64,000 nucleotides of DNA from Candidatus Aenigmarchaeota archaeon LH_S7. Lineage in GTDB: Archaea > Aenigmatarchaeota > Aenigmatarchaeia > QMZS01. A program made the position numbers and the translations under genes. The stretch spans positions 1,549-65,548 of the forward strand of contig JAGXOL010000003.1 in NCBI GenBank assembly GCA_023659895.1, read 5' to 3'. Shown piece after piece: positions 33,432 to 42,793 of the stretch (position 1 is its first letter; each line of letters begins with the position of its first letter). The notes beneath the pieces were generated by a model. It worked only from the letters and a program-made list of their open reading frames with translations. It did not search any database and had not been told where the DNA came from.

Positions 33432-33943
33432 ATCGACGGGGTGAGTTGCTACTTCGTTGTTGGCTTGCCTCCTCCTGGGTGTGCAGAAGCACCCAAGGGT
33501 ACAGGGGTTTACTGTTTAAAGAGGCACGTTAGCTGAGTTAAGAACGGCGTGAGCCAGTTCGGTCTATATCTGCTGGAAGTGTTCTAGTCTGACAGGAAGA
33601 GAGCTTCAGTACGAAAGGAACAAGTTCTCGTGGCCACTGGTGTACCGGTCGTGATTGCGCTGCCGGGAAGCTAAGCCATCGCGGATAAGAGCTGAAGGCA
33701 TCTAAGCTCGAAGCCGCTCTGAAAAAGAGACTAATTCAGGTGCGGATAGAAGATCCGCTTGATAGAAGAGTGGTGTACGTACCAAGCTTCGGCGAGGTAC
33801 TCAGCCTGCTCTTACTAATTCCTAGACAGCAAATAGATTCTAAATTTCCTTACACCTACTCTTTCATTGAGCAATAAACACCCTCCACAAATTCATATTC
33901 CTTAGGAAATAGGAACCCCCTTTATCTATCTCTAAATAATTTT

Positions 33944-35017
33944 ATGAAGAAAACTGGAATTGCTGACTTGAGATTGTGTACTGGTCCAGTACCACACTAC
34001 AGAGAAATGGTTGAGATTGGGAAACCTTTAATTGAGACTTTAATTAATGAGTTTGGGACCAGAGAAACTGTGGAAAGATTTTCTAATCCTTCCTGGTATC
34101 AGTGCCTTGCCTGCTGCTTAGGATTTGAGTACCAATTCTCAGGGATGACAACTGTTGTATTGAAAGCTCTTAAGGATTCAATTGAAAACCAAAATTTGGG
34201 AATTGAAATCGCTGGAGGGAAAGGAAAGCTAAGTATAGGAGCACCAAAGGAATTAGAGAAATATGGTGAATCATTCAATCTTCCTGAGAAAAATCTGCAG
34301 GGAATGGTAAGCAACACAAAACTTTCCGCGAAGGTTGACAACACAGCAATTCAAGACTCTTATTCCTTGTATTTTCACACCGTCATCCTTGATGAGATAG
34401 GAAACTTCTCAGTGATTAATCAAGGAATGAACACAGGCTCGCAACTTGTGAGAAGATACCACTGGAGCAATCCTTCTGAATTAGATGATTCAAACATAGC
34501 TGGAAAAAAGGAAAATATGGTTTTGGATCTTACGAAAAGAAACTTGGAGGAAACAAGAAGAATGATTTTTGACTTGGCTAAAGAGAGCAACAAGACTGTA
34601 AATACTTATTTGAGATTGAACAAGGGAAGCTTCCAAACCAATTTACTTAATTTCGGGCAGAGAAACATAATTGAGTTACCTTATCATTTGAGATTTCCTA
34701 AGAAACTGAATGAGAAAGCTCTAGAGACAGCAAAGAATGCGAACAATTTCAAAGAATTTCTCTGCTCAAAAGGTGTTGGACCTTCTACAATACGAGGACT
34801 CGCTTTCATTGCAAACTTGGTTTACGGCTCAGAGATATCCTGGAGAGACCCTGTGAAGTTCTGCTATGCATATGGAACAAAAGCTGGAAAACCCTGGTAC
34901 GTTGAGAAAAGAGCAATGAGAAAAAGCGCTGAAATTATGAAAAACGCGGTAGAAAACGCAAAAATGGGGGACAAGAAGAGGAGAAGAGTGTTAAAGAGAT
35001 TATCAAGGTTTGTTTAA
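33944..35017 (+). CDS. DUF763-family protein
   Basis: GIADLRL, RFSNPSWYQ, SGMTTVV, GGKGK, AKVDNTAIQDSY, RRYHW, DPVKF.YAYG.K. Confidence 0.8.
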   Translation: MKKTGIADLRLCTGPVPHYREMVEIGKPLIETLINEFGTRETVERFSNPSWYQCLACCLGFEYQFSGMTTVVLKALKDSIENQNLGIEIAGGKGKLSIGAPKELEKYGESFNLPEKNLQGMVSNTKLSAKVDNTAIQDSYSLYFHTVILDEIGNFSVINQGMNTGSQLVRRYHWSNPSELDDSNIAGKKENMVLDLTKRNLEETRRMIFDLAKESNKTVNTYLRLNKGSFQTNLLNFGQRNIIELPYHLRFPKKLNEKALETAKNANNFKEFLCSKGVGPSTIRGLAFIANLVYGSEISWRDPVKFCYAYGTKAGKPWYVEKRAMRKSAEIMKNAVENAKMGDKKRRRVLKRLSRFV

Positions 35018-35074
35018 TTTAGTGAGTAAGATGATAGAAGAAGATGTGAGAAACAAAGCAAATAAAACAAGTAA

Positions 35075-35395
35075 TTAACCTAACTCCCGCAGAATATCTT
35101 TGTCTGACTCAAGCACAGGAATTTTTTCTTCCTTTAACTGTCTTACAAGAATCTTGTCAAAAGTCGTGACCTTCAAATTTCTTTTCTTAGCTGCTTCTAT
35201 TAATGAATCATCAGCTTTTTCTTTTTCAGTCTCAATCACCTTAAGCTTTTCAATCAGCGAAAGAAGAACTTTGTCTTTCTTTGCAAGTTCCTTGGCTTCC
35301 TCTATGCAGGGCTTTGTAGTTGCAATCTCTCCAACCCTGAAAAACAATTTTAATTTCTTGTATTCCAAAATCACATTCGTGTCAACCAGAATCAT
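35075..35395 (-). CDS. PIN-domain protein
   Basis: ILVDTNV, ADDSLI, VTTFDK.L. Confidence 0.8.
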   Translation of the reverse strand: MILVDTNVILEYKKLKLFFRVGEIATTKPCIEEAKELAKKDKVLLSLIEKLKVIETEKEKADDSLIEAAKKRNLKVTTFDKILVRQLKEEKIPVLESDKDILRELG

Positions 35396-36270
35396 ACTTT
35401 CACTCTTTTCAAGTCCTTGGCAAGCACAACATTCTTGTAATCTTTAATCTTTTTCTCCAGCTCTTTCTGACTCGTGTACTTCCTGCTGATATGAGTCAAG
35501 TAAACTTTCTTCGCAAATTTTCTCAAGTTTAAAACATCCTCCAAAGTTGAGTGGTACTTGTCTTTTAAATCATCCCTGCTGAAGTATGTGCATTCATGTA
35601 TTAACACACTGTCTTTAGCAAATTTTTCCATTTTCTTCAGGTATTGGGTGTCCCCTGAATAAACCACCTTCTTTCCTGGGACTGTGTAGGAAACATCCCT
35701 TAAATTTATTGTTTTTCCATCTTTTTTGATTTTTCCCTTGTCTTTTATTTCGCGGCAATCCTTCCAGTTCAATTTTAGTTTCTTGATTTTCTTCTTATCT
35801 AATTTTAATTTTTCCCTTTCCTGAAAACGATAAGCAAAATTTTCCGTGGTGTGTTTCCCTTTCATTGCCTCCACTGAAAATTCATCCCCATCAAATACTG
35901 TTCCCTCTAAACAATCAACAAACTTTGTTTTGAAAGGTAGATGGAAGAACTTCAAGAGTTCAGGACCGATTTTCTTAGCTTTTGGTGCAACTATGGTTAT
36001 TTCTTTCTTGCGGCCCTCAAAAGCCATTGAAGTTAATAAACCAAAAAGGCCAATCCAGTGGTCAGCATGCCAATGAGATATAAAAATGTAATCAATTGAC
36101 ATGAAATTTATCCTAGCTTTTTGTAGTTGAGTTTGTGTTCCTTCTCCACAATCAAAAAGTATTGAGTAATCATTCCTTGAGTGGTATCTTAAATGTACAG
36201 CAGGATGTCTCCTTTTTATTGTTGGGATTGTTGTCCCTGTACCCAGGAAAGTGATTTCAACAGATCTCAT
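35392..36270 (-). CDS. rnz: Ribonuclease Z
   Basis: FLGTG, FDCGEGTQ, SHWHADHWIG, YSGDT, IHECT, LTHISRKY. Confidence 0.93.
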   Translation of the reverse strand: MRSVEITFLGTGTTIPTIKRRHPAVHLRYHSRNDYSILFDCGEGTQTQLQKARINFMSIDYIFISHWHADHWIGLFGLLTSMAFEGRKKEITIVAPKAKKIGPELLKFFHLPFKTKFVDCLEGTVFDGDEFSVEAMKGKHTTENFAYRFQEREKLKLDKKKIKKLKLNWKDCREIKDKGKIKKDGKTINLRDVSYTVPGKKVVYSGDTQYLKKMEKFAKDSVLIHECTYFSRDDLKDKYHSTLEDVLNLRKFAKKVYLTHISRKYTSQKELEKKIKDYKNVVLAKDLKRVKV

Positions 36271-36321
36271 AACTATTTTATCCCTAATTTAACTAATTCA
36301 TATATTGATAAATAATTGGTT

Positions 36322-37437
36322 ATGGAAAAATGGATACTAGTGCATTATGACGAGATTGCTCTCAAGGGAAAAAACAGATCTTTCTTTGAGAAAAAGTTAG
36401 CTTCAAATCTGAAAAAACTGCTCGGAGGAAAATTGCTAAAGGCCTATGGAAGGATATTGATAAAAACAGATTTAAAGGATAGAGAAATCAAGAAAAGATT
36501 GAGATTGCAGCCAGGGGTAGCAAATTTCTCTTTTTGTTACAAAGTACCTAACAAAATTGAAGAAATAAAAGAAACTGCCTTGGAACTCGCAAAAGAATCA
36601 AAAAGAAAAACCTTCAGAATTGATGCAAGGAAATCTGTTAAGTTCAAGAAAAGTAGCAGGGAAATAAATGAGATTGTGGGAGAAGAGGTTAGAACAAAAA
36701 CCAAGAAAAAGGTCAATTTGAACAAGCCAGGAATCACAATTTACATAGAACTCACTGAGAAAGGAACCTTCATTTACAAAGACAAGTTTAAAGGGGTTGG
36801 TGGACTCCCAATTGATTCTTCCGGAAAATTAATTTCTTTGATTTCAGGAGGAATAGATAGCCCTGTTGCATCCTACCTTGCAATGAAAAGGGGTTGCGAT
36901 GTTGTTTTGATTCATTTCTACAATGAAACCTTGTCAGAGCTGGATAAGATTAATGAATTGTTGGAAAAATTGAGGGGAATCAACCCAAAGATAAAACTTT
37001 ATATGATTCCATTTACGGAAATCCAGAGGAAAATCATTGCAAAAGTGAATTCGAAATACAGAATGATTATTTATCGCAGATTAATGAATCAAATTGCTGA
37101 GAAAATCGCTGAAAAAGATAATGTTAAGGGAATTGTTACAGGAGACTCTCTTGGACAAGTTGCTTCCCAAACCATAGATAACATGAGAGCAATAGATGAA
37201 TCAGTGAAAATACCTATCTTAAGACCTTTACTCACTTACAATAAAAATGATATAATAAAGCTGGCCCAAAAAATTGGAACTTATGAAATTTCAATTAAAC
37301 CTTACCAGGACTGCTGTTCTTTCATGGTAGCCCAACACCCGGAAACAAAAGCTAAAATAGATGTGATAAAAGAAGCTGAAAAGGGATTGAACAAGAAGAA
37401 ATTAATTGAAAAAGCCTTGGATAATTTAAATCTCTAA
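36322..37437 (+). CDS. thiI: tRNA 4-thiouridine synthase ThiI
   Basis: EIALKGKNR, THUMP domain, ISGGIDSPVA, GDSLGQVASQT, DCC. Confidence 0.95.
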   Translation: MEKWILVHYDEIALKGKNRSFFEKKLASNLKKLLGGKLLKAYGRILIKTDLKDREIKKRLRLQPGVANFSFCYKVPNKIEEIKETALELAKESKRKTFRIDARKSVKFKKSSREINEIVGEEVRTKTKKKVNLNKPGITIYIELTEKGTFIYKDKFKGVGGLPIDSSGKLISLISGGIDSPVASYLAMKRGCDVVLIHFYNETLSELDKINELLEKLRGINPKIKLYMIPFTEIQRKIIAKVNSKYRMIIYRRLMNQIAEKIAEKDNVKGIVTGDSLGQVASQTIDNMRAIDESVKIPILRPLLTYNKNDIIKLAQKIGTYEISIKPYQDCCSFMVAQHPETKAKIDVIKEAEKGLNKKKLIEKALDNLNL

Positions 37438-37641
37438 ATTTTCTCTCATACTTCTTCTAGATAAAATTATATTTGAGAAGTAATCTTCTATGGTTGATTT
37501 AGAAGAAAAACCTCTGTTTAATAACTCAAATCATTTTTTGAAACAGATCAAAATAAATTTTTTGTATTTCTTGTAAATCTTTCAAAGGATCCTCCTAATC
37601 AAAAAATCCATTTCAGGGTCTATTATATTCTCATACTGATT

Positions 37642-38754
37642 TCATACTTGTCTCTCAATCAAGTAATTAACAAATTCTTTTAATAATTCTTTTGAACCAT
37701 TCTCCATTAGAAGAGGTTCTGCTTCTTTCCATGATGCTTCAACTATCTCTCTTGCTTTCTTCCTTGCGTAATCCAATGAACCATACTTTTCTAAAATCTT
37801 GATTGCCTCAACAATTTCTTTTTCATTATTTTCCTCCTTATCCAGAATCTCAGCTAGTCTTTCTTTGTCTTTCTCATTAGCTTTTTGGGAAGTATAAATC
37901 ACCATCAATGTTCTCTTACCTTCTTTAATATCATTGCCAAAAGATTTCCCAAAATTATTTCTAGCTTCATCCTTTAAGTCAATATCTAAAATATCATCTT
38001 GAATCTGGAATGCCACACCTAAAGCTTCAGCTATCTTACCAACCTTACTTATTGTTTCATTATTAGCACTTGCGCAAATCGCAGCAATCTTCGCGCTCAT
38101 TCTTGCAAGGCATCCTGTTTTGTAAGCGCACATCTGCAAATATTCACTTTCATCAATCTCCTTTGCCTTACCTTTGTGCCAATAAATGTCTGTTCCTTGC
38201 CCCAAACTCAAATTAACCATTTCTTGAACATAAATGTCATAAATTTTGTTTATTTGTTTCTCAGAAAGTTTATCCCTGTTTTTCTGAATAGCTAGTAAAG
38301 GAAAGAAATAAATAAAATTACCTGCGTTAATTGCAACATCCTCCCCAAACAGTTTATGCAAAGTTGGCTTCCCTCTTCTCAATTCTCCTTCATCTTCAAT
38401 GTCATCAACCATTATTGTTCCATTATGAACAAGCTCAGGGATTATTAACAAATCCTTAGGGAATTTTTCTTTCTTACCTCCTAAAGCTTCATAAATCAAC
38501 AAAAACAGAACAGGTCTCCATCTCTTACCCCCTCTGTCAAGAAAATCCCAGATAGGGTTAATTAATGTATTTTGAGTACTTTCCAAACTGTATCTATATC
38601 TTGGCTTCCCAAAAATAAACTCCATCCATTCCTCGCTAACTTTCCTTGGTAAATATGTTTCAATTAAATAATTTATTTCATGTTTCTTACTTTCAAGGAA
38701 TTCAATAATCTTGCCCTCTTTTATTTTAATAGGAGTTTGATTGTTATTCTTCAT
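37642..38754 (-). CDS. Polyprenyl (probably geranylgeranyl) diphosphate synthase
   Basis: GGKRWRP, VDDIED..LRRG, KTG, FQIQDDILD, DIKEGK. Confidence 0.92.
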   Translation of the reverse strand: MKNNNQTPIKIKEGKIIEFLESKKHEINYLIETYLPRKVSEEWMEFIFGKPRYRYSLESTQNTLINPIWDFLDRGGKRWRPVLFLLIYEALGGKKEKFPKDLLIIPELVHNGTIMVDDIEDEGELRRGKPTLHKLFGEDVAINAGNFIYFFPLLAIQKNRDKLSEKQINKIYDIYVQEMVNLSLGQGTDIYWHKGKAKEIDESEYLQMCAYKTGCLARMSAKIAAICASANNETISKVGKIAEALGVAFQIQDDILDIDLKDEARNNFGKSFGNDIKEGKRTLMVIYTSQKANEKDKERLAEILDKEENNEKEIVEAIKILEKYGSLDYARKKAREIVEASWKEAEPLLMENGSKELLKEFVNYLIERQV

Positions 38755-38780
38755 GTTATTAATAATAAAAAACTTATAAA

Positions 38781-40073
38781 TTAATCTATTTTTTGTCTCG
38801 TTGATTGTCTAATCACCTTTACAGCCTCTTTTAATGTCATCAATTTTTCCTCCTTTCTGTTCATGTTCTTCAATTTCACTTTTTTATCTTTAATTTCATC
38901 TCCTCCAATGATTATACAGAAAGGAATCTGGTTTTTGTTTGCGAATTCCAAATTTTTGCTTACACCTTTTCCCATCAAGTTGAAATCCACATTCAATTCT
39001 TTTCTTAGCTCTTTCAAGACAGGTAGGTAATCTTTTTCCTTGAGTCCAACAGAAATTAAGTAGATTTGTACATTGGATTTCTTTTTAGGCTTCATGATGG
39101 AAACAATTGCATCCACACCAAAACTTCCTCCAACGGAAGGTAGTTCCCTGTCAAGCAAGTTTTTGAATAAATTATCATATCTACCTCCTGCTCCTAAGGA
39201 AGAAGTTGTTTCTTTTTTCTTTGAGAAGACTTCATAAATTGTACCAGTGTAATAGTTGAGCCCTCTGGCTAGTGAAGGACTTATCTTAACTGTTTTTAAT
39301 TTATAATTTTCAATCAAACCTAAAAGTTCTTCCATTTCCTCTAAACCTTCCTTACCATTTTTTGTCTCAAGTTTATTTTTCAAATTTTCAAGAATTTCTT
39401 TGTTCTTGCCTTTAATATTCAATATCTGGAACAATTTTTTGATTTGCTCTTCTTTCAGACCTTTTTCCTTGAGTTCTTTTTTAATTCCTTTTTCACTAAT
39501 CTTTTCCAATTTGTCTATTGTCAAAATAACTGAATTTTGGTTCTTTTTTATCCCAGCATATTCTAACATACCTACAAGAATCTTCCTGTTATTAATGAAT
39601 ATCTCAGTATCTAAACCAAGTTTCTTAAAAACCTCTTCATAGATTGCTAAGATTTCCAAGTCAGCTAATTTTGATTCTGCTCCAATCACATCAAAATCTG
39701 CTTGAGTGAACTCTCTTAACCTGGATTTTTTCAAAGGGCCATCCCTAAAGATTTTTCCAATCTCATATTTTTTGAAAGGAAGTTTCAAGTTTTGGTTTTC
39801 TGAAAGAAAAGGTGCTAAGGTAACAGTTAGTTCATATCTCAATCCCAAATCCCTTTTACCCCTGTCCTTTAATCTATAACATTCATCTAGAATTTCCTCT
39901 CCACAAATGTATTTAGAAGCTAATAACTTGTAAAGTTGTAAAACAGGGGTTTCTATTGGGTTAAAACCGTATTTCTGAAGCACTTCTTTTATGGTTTCCA
40001 GAATTTTCTCTTTTAAGATTTGCTCCTTTGTACTATAATATTTAGTCCCTTTCAGAGTTTCCACAGTTCTCAT
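38781..40073 (-). CDS. hisS: Histidyl-tRNA synthetase
   Basis: LRYELT, RLREFTQADFD, LARGLNYYTG, GAGGRYD. Confidence 0.96.
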   Translation of the reverse strand: MRTVETLKGTKYYSTKEQILKEKILETIKEVLQKYGFNPIETPVLQLYKLLASKYICGEEILDECYRLKDRGKRDLGLRYELTVTLAPFLSENQNLKLPFKKYEIGKIFRDGPLKKSRLREFTQADFDVIGAESKLADLEILAIYEEVFKKLGLDTEIFINNRKILVGMLEYAGIKKNQNSVILTIDKLEKISEKGIKKELKEKGLKEEQIKKLFQILNIKGKNKEILENLKNKLETKNGKEGLEEMEELLGLIENYKLKTVKISPSLARGLNYYTGTIYEVFSKKKETTSSLGAGGRYDNLFKNLLDRELPSVGGSFGVDAIVSIMKPKKKSNVQIYLISVGLKEKDYLPVLKELRKELNVDFNLMGKGVSKNLEFANKNQIPFCIIIGGDEIKDKKVKLKNMNRKEEKLMTLKEAVKVIRQSTRQKID

Positions 40074-40443
40074 AATAAAAGTTGTTTTTCTAAAAGGTCT
40101 TGAAAATCATCAAAAGAATATCAGCTTAGCTATAATCATAGGATAAGTTTCCATAATATTTGTTTTCTTAATTGGTTTATTATCTTTTTCTTTCAAGATT
40201 CCATTCAAGCTTTTTATTTCACCCTTATCCACCATTGAATTTAGATAGTAATTAGCAATGTTCTCCTAATAATCAGAAACAACCACCTTTGGTTTTAATG
40301 TCTCCCTTTTTTCAGAAAGCATAGTTTTCCAATAAGTGACTCAGGGCATATGTTTTTGAGTGAACTAAACCACCTTTGATATTCTTCATTTAGACCACCA
40401 CAATTTCATAATCTCAAAAAGTGTTTAAATCAAAACCAGAAAA

Positions 40444-41619
40444 CTAAAACCACATACCTGCTTGGAAATCCCACTTGTATCTCTGTTCATCATCCTGTTT
40501 CTTGTCAGATAAAATAATTCTCTCCATCTTGTCCAAGAGAATTTGCATTACATCCAAGGCATTGAATCCTTCATAATTAGCATTGTAAGTTTTCCCTGGA
40601 GATATAACTCTCATCCTTATCAAGAATCTTATATTATCCCCTTCAGGATTTCCAATTGTCTTAAAGTGAATTATGATACGCCCTTTTCCTAGAACCTTTT
40701 CCAGTTTTTCCGCAAATCTCCTGACAAATTTATTTATTCTGCCTATTTCAAAATCATCAATCTTTTCAAAATCTCCTGCATATTGCAATCTAAAACCCTC
40801 TTCAGTTTTTCTATGAAATTCAACATAAGTTTCAAGTAAATCCTTTTTTGTAACAATTCCATGGATTTTCTCGTTGTCATCCAGGATTAAGACACCTGAA
40901 ATATCATGCTTTTTCATTAACTCAATTGCTCTCCTTGTCTTTGCTTGGACTTTTACTGAGATTATTGGATAGCTCATCAGTTCTTTTACAGGGATTGAAG
41001 TTGAATCTATTTTTTCACCTGCTCTTTCCCCTCTCTGCGATCTGTTTTTAGGAATCAAGAACTTAGTGACAATGTCATGCATCGCAATCATACCAGCTGG
41101 TTTTTCATTTTTGACCATTGTGGCTCTTGAGATGTTATTTTCCCTGAAAATTGCGAGGGCTTTTCCCACACTATCATCTTCATTTAGGTTCACAAGGTCA
41201 GTTGTTGCAAATTCAATCACATTCAAATTACCATATTCTTCCTCAACAACTTTTGTTAAGAGATCAATGTCTTTGACAACTCCAACAACATTTTCTTTTT
41301 TCTCATCAAAAACAGGCAATACTTGTAAGGAATTCTCCACCATCATTTTAGCAACTTCATTTAAAGGCATTCCATAAGGAATTTTTGGAGCATTTTTTAC
41401 CAAAGTCTTAATTTTTGCTTGTGTTGGATCCATCATGCTCCTGTAAATCCATCTTTCAGAGACAACCCCTTGGTAATTTTTATTCTTATCCACAACTATT
41501 ATTAGCTCTGGCTTCTCCTGGTTGAACACACCAATAGCTTCTGACAAGGTATTTTCTTTATCTAATATTGTAAACTTCTCAGTAGTAATTTCTCCAACCT
41601 CCCCGATTTTTGCGCTCAT
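40444..41619 (-). CDS. 4xCBS + HPF/RaiA-like protein, candidate Hib-type ribosome hibernation factor
   Basis: Four CBS repeats, then a beta-alpha-beta-beta-beta-alpha-like domain ending ALDVMQILLDKMERII. Confidence 0.72.
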   Translation of the reverse strand: MSAKIGEVGEITTEKFTILDKENTLSEAIGVFNQEKPELIIVVDKNKNYQGVVSERWIYRSMMDPTQAKIKTLVKNAPKIPYGMPLNEVAKMMVENSLQVLPVFDEKKENVVGVVKDIDLLTKVVEEEYGNLNVIEFATTDLVNLNEDDSVGKALAIFRENNISRATMVKNEKPAGMIAMHDIVTKFLIPKNRSQRGERAGEKIDSTSIPVKELMSYPIISVKVQAKTRRAIELMKKHDISGVLILDDNEKIHGIVTKKDLLETYVEFHRKTEEGFRLQYAGDFEKIDDFEIGRINKFVRRFAEKLEKVLGKGRIIIHFKTIGNPEGDNIRFLIRMRVISPGKTYNANYEGFNALDVMQILLDKMERIILSDKKQDDEQRYKWDFQAGMWF

Positions 41620-41648
41620 AAACCTTTATAAATAGAAAATTAATTATT

Positions 41649-41825
41649 ATGGGAGACAGTTTAGTTGTACAATCAAAAGTTAGAGAAGCAGTAAAAGCTG
41701 CAGGAGCAAATATGTCAGGAGATTTCGCAGATGGACTATCTAGCAAAGTTCAAGATATGGTAGCTCAGGCTGTAAATAGAGCAAAGGCAAACGGAAGAAA
41801 GACAGTAAGAAACTACGACTTATAA
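41649..41825 (+). CDS. Short histone-fold protein, face-to-face/Bd0055-like type (not in ORF track)
   Basis: MGDSLVVQSKVREAVKAAGANMSGDFADGLSSKVQDMVAQAVNRAKANGRKTVRNYDL*; RAKANGRKTV..D with truncated alpha3. Confidence 0.88.
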   Translation: MGDSLVVQSKVREAVKAAGANMSGDFADGLSSKVQDMVAQAVNRAKANGRKTVRNYDL

Positions 41826-41892
41826 TTTCTTTTTTTCCTTTTTTAACTCTTTTTATTTAATAGTTAAACTTTAATCAAAAATAATATTTTAT

Positions 41893-42296
41893 GCGGGGGT
41901 AGCCAAGTCTGGTCAAAAGAAAGGATTCCAGAAAAAGGCGCGAGACTCAAGGGAACTTTTAAAAAAAGTTCCATCAAAAAAAGAAGGGAACCTTTTAGAA
42001 ACAAAGCAAGATAACTACGAAAATATTGGTGGGAAATCTCGTCCCTCAGTGGGTTCGGCGGTTCAAATGGAACTTTTAGAAAAAGTTCCATCAAAACAAG
42101 CTTTTAAAAAAAGCTTGAGCAAAAAATGGAACTTTTAAAAAAAGTTCCATCAAAAAAAGAAGGGAACTTTTAGAAACCTCGAAAAACTTTGTTTTCGGAC
42201 CCCATAAACCCAAGGTTTATGAGGAAGGTTTTATCCAAAAAAGAAAAAAAGGTCTTCACCCCAAAGAAAAACGATACGGAAATCCGCCCCCCCGCA
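41893..42296 (+). tRNA. trnL: tRNA-Leu(CAA) with three introns (41915-41933, 41952-42035, 42068-42282)
   Basis: Spliced GCGGGGGTAGCCAAGTCTGGTC|AAAGGCGCGAGACTCAAG|ATCTCGTCCCTCAGTGGGTTCGGCGGTTCAAA|TCCGCCCCCCCGCA forms a full cloverleaf with long variable arm; anticodon at 41948-41950. Confidence 0.93.
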
Positions 42297-42402
42297 CAAG
42301 CTTTTAAAAAAAGCTTGAGCAAAAAAGGAATTTTTAGAAAAAGTTCCATCAAAAAAAGAAGAGAACTTTTAGAAACCTCGAAAAACTTTGTTTTTCGTGC
42401 CC
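41952..42402 (+). repeat. Cluster of 21-nt hairpin + ATCAAAA/AGCAAAA repeat units
   Basis: GGAACTTTT-NNN-AAAAGTTCC at 41952, 42069, 42128 and (one mismatch) 42327; CAAGCTTTT-AAA-AAAAGCTTG at 42097, 42297; 42097-42203 duplicated at 42297-42402. Confidence 0.92.
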
Positions 42403-42425
42403 TTATAAATATTGATTGATATGTT

Positions 42426-42764
42426 ATGGCAAAAAAGAAGGAGAACATGGTAGACAGTCTTTCAAAATTTGTCTCATTCGTAGCTTTGGTATTAGCAGCA
42501 GGAGTATTACTTTTAATAGGTTATTCATTGTACATAACCACCAATGGTTCTTCTACTCCAACACAGGATTTTTGTGGCTGGTCAACTAATGGAGAATGTG
42601 TTTATGATTCAGATTGTATTGCAGGAGGATGCTCTATCCAGCTATGTCAATCAAAAGATGAAGCTCCAGCAGTTACAACTTGTGAATGGAGAGACTGCTA
42701 TGATGCAAGCAAATATGGATTAACCTGCGGATGTGTAGATGGCAAGTGCCAGTGGTCAAAATAA
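42426..42764 (+). CDS. Eight-cysteine-cluster domain membrane-anchored protein
   Basis: TM then FCGWSTNGEC..DSDC..GGCS...C...TTCEW..C...CGC..GKCQW. Confidence 0.8.
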   Translation: MAKKKENMVDSLSKFVSFVALVLAAGVLLLIGYSLYITTNGSSTPTQDFCGWSTNGECVYDSDCIAGGCSIQLCQSKDEAPAVTTCEWRDCYDASKYGLTCGCVDGKCQWSK

Positions 42765-42793
42765 AGAAAGTTATTAAACAAACTAATATATTT

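Noticed and set aside
41952..42402. CRISPR array
   Set aside because: Units are irregularly spaced, intervening sequences are themselves repeated, and no cas genes are present
41864..42448. ORFs of 76-92 aa over the tRNA locus
   Set aside because: Translations of the repeat units and tRNA exons
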